Source: Macrostomum lignano (taxonomy: Eukaryota). Taken from it: 64,000 nt of DNA. Both the position numbers and the translations under genes were made by a program. The stretch spans positions 62,001 through 126,000 of the forward strand of contig NIVC01003166.1 of NCBI GenBank assembly GCA_002269645.1, read 5' to 3'. Below the pieces are notes generated by a model. It did no database searches. It had not been told where the DNA came from and saw only the letters and a program-made list of their open reading frames with translations. This document shows positions 61,806 to 64,000 of this stretch, piece by piece (within the stretch, counting starts at the first letter, position 1; each line of letters opens with the position of its first letter).

Positions 61806-62261
61806 GCTACGCTTTTGGCTGTCAACTCACTGTCAACAGGAAGTCATCTGATATTTGATTTGCATAAAAATATCATATAGCTCTAAGAGAGAATTATTTA
61901 TAATTTAAAGGTTTATAATTACATCACGCGATCAAGGTTAGGGCACTTTTTTGTCATCAATTTTCGATTGTTGACTGACAGAGCAAATTGCTGAGTAAAT
62001 GTACTTTTAACCTACTAGTAGTAGTTCAGGCTTGGGAAATGTTAGTGTTTGGAATATAACAAGTCGTTTTGGAAGTTTCTAAACAACGCAATTATTGACT
62101 ATTTTAACACCTCTGCTTCAGCTCGGTCGCATCGTCTCAATGTTGGTCGACTTTGGTCGTTGACTGGTCGGCAGATTATAACGGCCAGTCAGCAGAGTTT
62201 CACTGCTACTACTGCTGCTGATGCTGTACGCAATTCATCTACTGAAAGTAGCAAGCTGTGA
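48912..62261 (+). CDS. ACOT8: Acyl-CoA thioesterase 8 / TesB-type, paralog B; join(48912..49012,49360..49532,55552..56255,62122..62261) with one apparent 1-nt deletion near 56032-56047; ~372 aa if restored, ending -SKL
   Basis: Motifs [33 protein letters not shown]...LRVTAFQ, FWIR, then (other frame) [17 protein letters not shown], and in the last exon GRLWSLTG...SQQ...SSKL*. Exon 1/2 phases equal those of paralog A. The summed length of 1118 nt is one short of a multiple of 3. Confidence 0.78.
50001..50729. mobile_element. 0.73-kb insertion flanked by a 25-bp direct repeat, with a (CT)n tail; likely retroposon fragment
   Basis: TCAATCAGTAAGTTTTCTGATTCTG occurs at 49976-50000 and 50730-50754. 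The interior is GC-richer than the flanks and ends in (CT)n. Confidence 0.6.
51732..52968 (-). pseudogene. Class A (rhodopsin-like) GPCR, intronless, nested antisense in ACOT8-B intron 2; two apparent 1-nt deletions (~52920 and ~51983). Pseudogene or assembly error.
   Basis: Restored reading: [16 protein letters not shown][G][11 protein letters not shown] (TM1), [12 protein letters not shown] (TM2), [18 protein letters not shown] (TM3, DRY-like), TM4, long ECL2, TM5, [21 protein letters not shown] (TM6), then shifted [21 protein letters not shown] (TM7/H8). 1237 nt + 2 = 413 codons. A third shift may extend the tail to 51466. Confidence 0.75.
56325..57935 (+). repeat. 8-bp satellite (AGGACAC[C/T])n with higher-order blocks, ACOT8-B intron 3
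   Basis: Alternating AGGACACC/AGGACACT/AGGACAAT, with recurring aggaaatc and gacatcaag variants. Confidence 0.96.
58270..60027 (+). repeat. GA-rich ~20-24-bp minisatellite (GAGAGGCAGGGTCGAAGGGAGG)n
   Basis: Direct reading; it explains the ORFs at 58246-60231. Confidence 0.95.
60487..61430 (+). repeat. 30-bp array (CCATCTCCCACTGACTCTCCTCTCCCACTG)n grading into 13-bp (CTCATCTCCCACT)n
   Basis: Direct reading; transition near 61160. Confidence 0.95.
61745..61803 (+). repeat. (CT)n microsatellite
   Basis: Direct reading. Confidence 0.95.
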
Positions 62262-62323
62262 ATTTTAGTAACATTTTTGACAAATGTATATTTAATATTT
62301 TTGAAGGTGTACGTATAGCGCTG

Positions 62324-63320
62324 GGTGTGGGATAGGACAGGGTGTGGCAAAGGACAGGGTGTGGAAAAGGACAGTGTGTGGGATAGGACAGGGTGTGGGA
62401 TAGGACAGGGTGTGGGAAAGGACAGGGTGTGGGATAGGACAGGGTGTGGGAAAGGACAGGGTGTAGGATAGGACAGGGTGTGGGATATGACAGGGTGTGG
62501 GATACGACAGGGTGTGGGATAGGACAGGGTGTGGGATAGGGCAGGGTGTGGGATATGACAGGGTGTAGAAAAGGACAGGGTGTGGGAAAGGACAGGGTGT
62601 GGGATAGGACAGGGTGTTTGATAGGACAGGGTGTGGGATAGGACAGGGTGTGGGATAGCACAGGGTGTGGGATAGGACAGGGTGTGGGATAGGACAGGGT
62701 GTGGGAAAGGACAGGGTGTAGGATAGGACAGGGTGTGGAATAGGACAGGGTGTGAGATAGGACAGGGTGTAGGATAGGACAGGGTGTGGGATAGGACAGG
62801 GTGTGGGATAGGACAGGGTGTGGGATAGGACAGGGTGTGGGATAGGACAGGGTGTGGGATAGGACAGGGTGTGGGATAGGACAGGGTGTGGGAAAGGACA
62901 GGGTGTGGGATAGGACAGGGTGTGGGATAGGACAGGGTGTGGGATAGGACAGGGTGTGGGATAGGACAGGGTGTGGGATAGCACAGGGTGTGGGATAGGA
63001 CAGGGTGTGGGATAGGACAGGGTGTGGGAAAGGACAGGGTGTAGGATAGGACAGGGTGTGGAATAGGACAGGGTGTGAGATAGGACAGGGTGTAGGATAG
63101 GACAGGGTGTGGGATAGGACAGGGTGTGGGATAGGACAGGGTGTGGGATAGGACAGGGTGTGGGATAGGACAGGGTGTGGGATAGGACAGGGTGTGGGAT
63201 AGGACAGGGTGTGGGAAAGGACAGGGTGTGGGATAGGACAGGGTGTGGGATAGGACAGGGTGTGGGATAGGACAGGGTGTGGGATAGGACAGGGTGTGGG
63301 ATAGCACAGGGTGTGGGAAG
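62324..63320 (+). repeat. 17-bp G-rich minisatellite (GGGATAGGACAGGGTGT)n
   Basis: About 58 copies; begins about 60 bp after the ACOT8-B stop. Confidence 0.97.
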
Positions 63321-63665
63321 GAGCGATAACGCTACTTATAATGCAGGTATGATTTAATGTTTTTATGAAATTCATTAAAACCCAGTGTACTAACTTTTCT
63401 CATCATATAAGCTCACTAAGAGGTAGAAATTCAGCACAAGAAGCATCTCAAAGCAAATAAAATGATTAAAAGTCAATATTTGAGTAAATCTGGGCGGCTC
63501 GTAATGCTTATGAGCCGAAGCAGTGGAAGGTAGCATCTGAGTTTGTTTGCTTAATTATCGGGCTTAAGATTCTCGGTGGGTTGATGATGACTCGTGACTT
63601 TAAAAGAAGCTTTCGCAGCAGCGAGAAAGACAACAGAAACCCACGTGAGGCTGAGTCAGGAAACC

Positions 63666-63856
63666 ATGCTGAAGCTGCACGCGGTTGAGAGGAACTGGCG
63701 CACCCTGCTGGAGGCGCTGGACTCCATCGGTGAACACCTGCGAGATAATTTCGCTCACTATGACACCGTGTTCAAGCGCTGCGACCGCTACTTCATGCAG
63801 AAGCATGGGAGAAAAGCTGACACCCTGCATGACATTATTGTCATTCTCAACTGCAG
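63666..63856 (+). CDS. Probable first coding exon of an unidentified gene continuing beyond the window
   Basis: ATG at 63666 (aaaccATG) starts MLKLHAVERNWRTLLEALDSIGEHLRDNFAHYDTVFKRCDRYFMQKHG..., with GC3-rich codons, and ends at the strong donor cag|gtgagc. An acceptor-like tttcgcag lies at 63618. No family recognised. Confidence 0.55.
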
Positions 63857-64000
63857 GTGAGCTGTTGCTGGGTGAGGGGTGAATTGGAATAGAATGGATT
63901 GCTAATCTAGCCAATCACAAATCAATTGGAATAGAATGGATTGCTAATCTAGCCAATCACAGATCAATTGGAATAGAATGGGTTGTCAATCTAGCCAATC

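Noticed and set aside
57611-63375. Multiple 100-580-aa ORFs ([23 protein letters not shown])
   Set aside because: All overlie stop-free minisatellites and are open in several frames or strands. Only 62122..62261 is coding.

Overview
Eukaryotic (metazoan, probably invertebrate) genomic DNA that is gene-sparse and very rich in repeats. The compositional style is reminiscent of a free-living flatworm, but the organism cannot be determined from the sequence. Hand-built spliced gene models: an intronless SMARCE1/BAF57-like HMG gene (-), LIN7/Veli (-, 2 exons), dymeclin (+, 5 exons), an unnamed 3-exon gene for a ~587-aa protein made of about four internal repeats (+), and two tandem ACOT8/TesB-type acyl-CoA thioesterases (+). 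The second thioesterase ends in -SKL, carries one frameshift, and hosts an antisense, frameshifted class A GPCR in its 6-kb intron 2. One probable first exon of an unidentified gene lies at the right edge. Mobile DNA: two related non-autonomous Helitron-like elements joined head-to-tail, each carrying its own homogenised 23-bp array; a decayed mariner interrupted by a MITE with a 9-bp TSD; three copies of a tRNA-derived SINE; and a 0.73-kb insertion flanked by a 25-bp direct repeat. Most large introns are filled by a different mini- or microsatellite, and nearly all long ORFs in the supplied track beyond these genes are repeat artefacts. Exon models rest on GT/AG sites, phase arithmetic and recalled protein-family motifs, not on transcript data or database searches.
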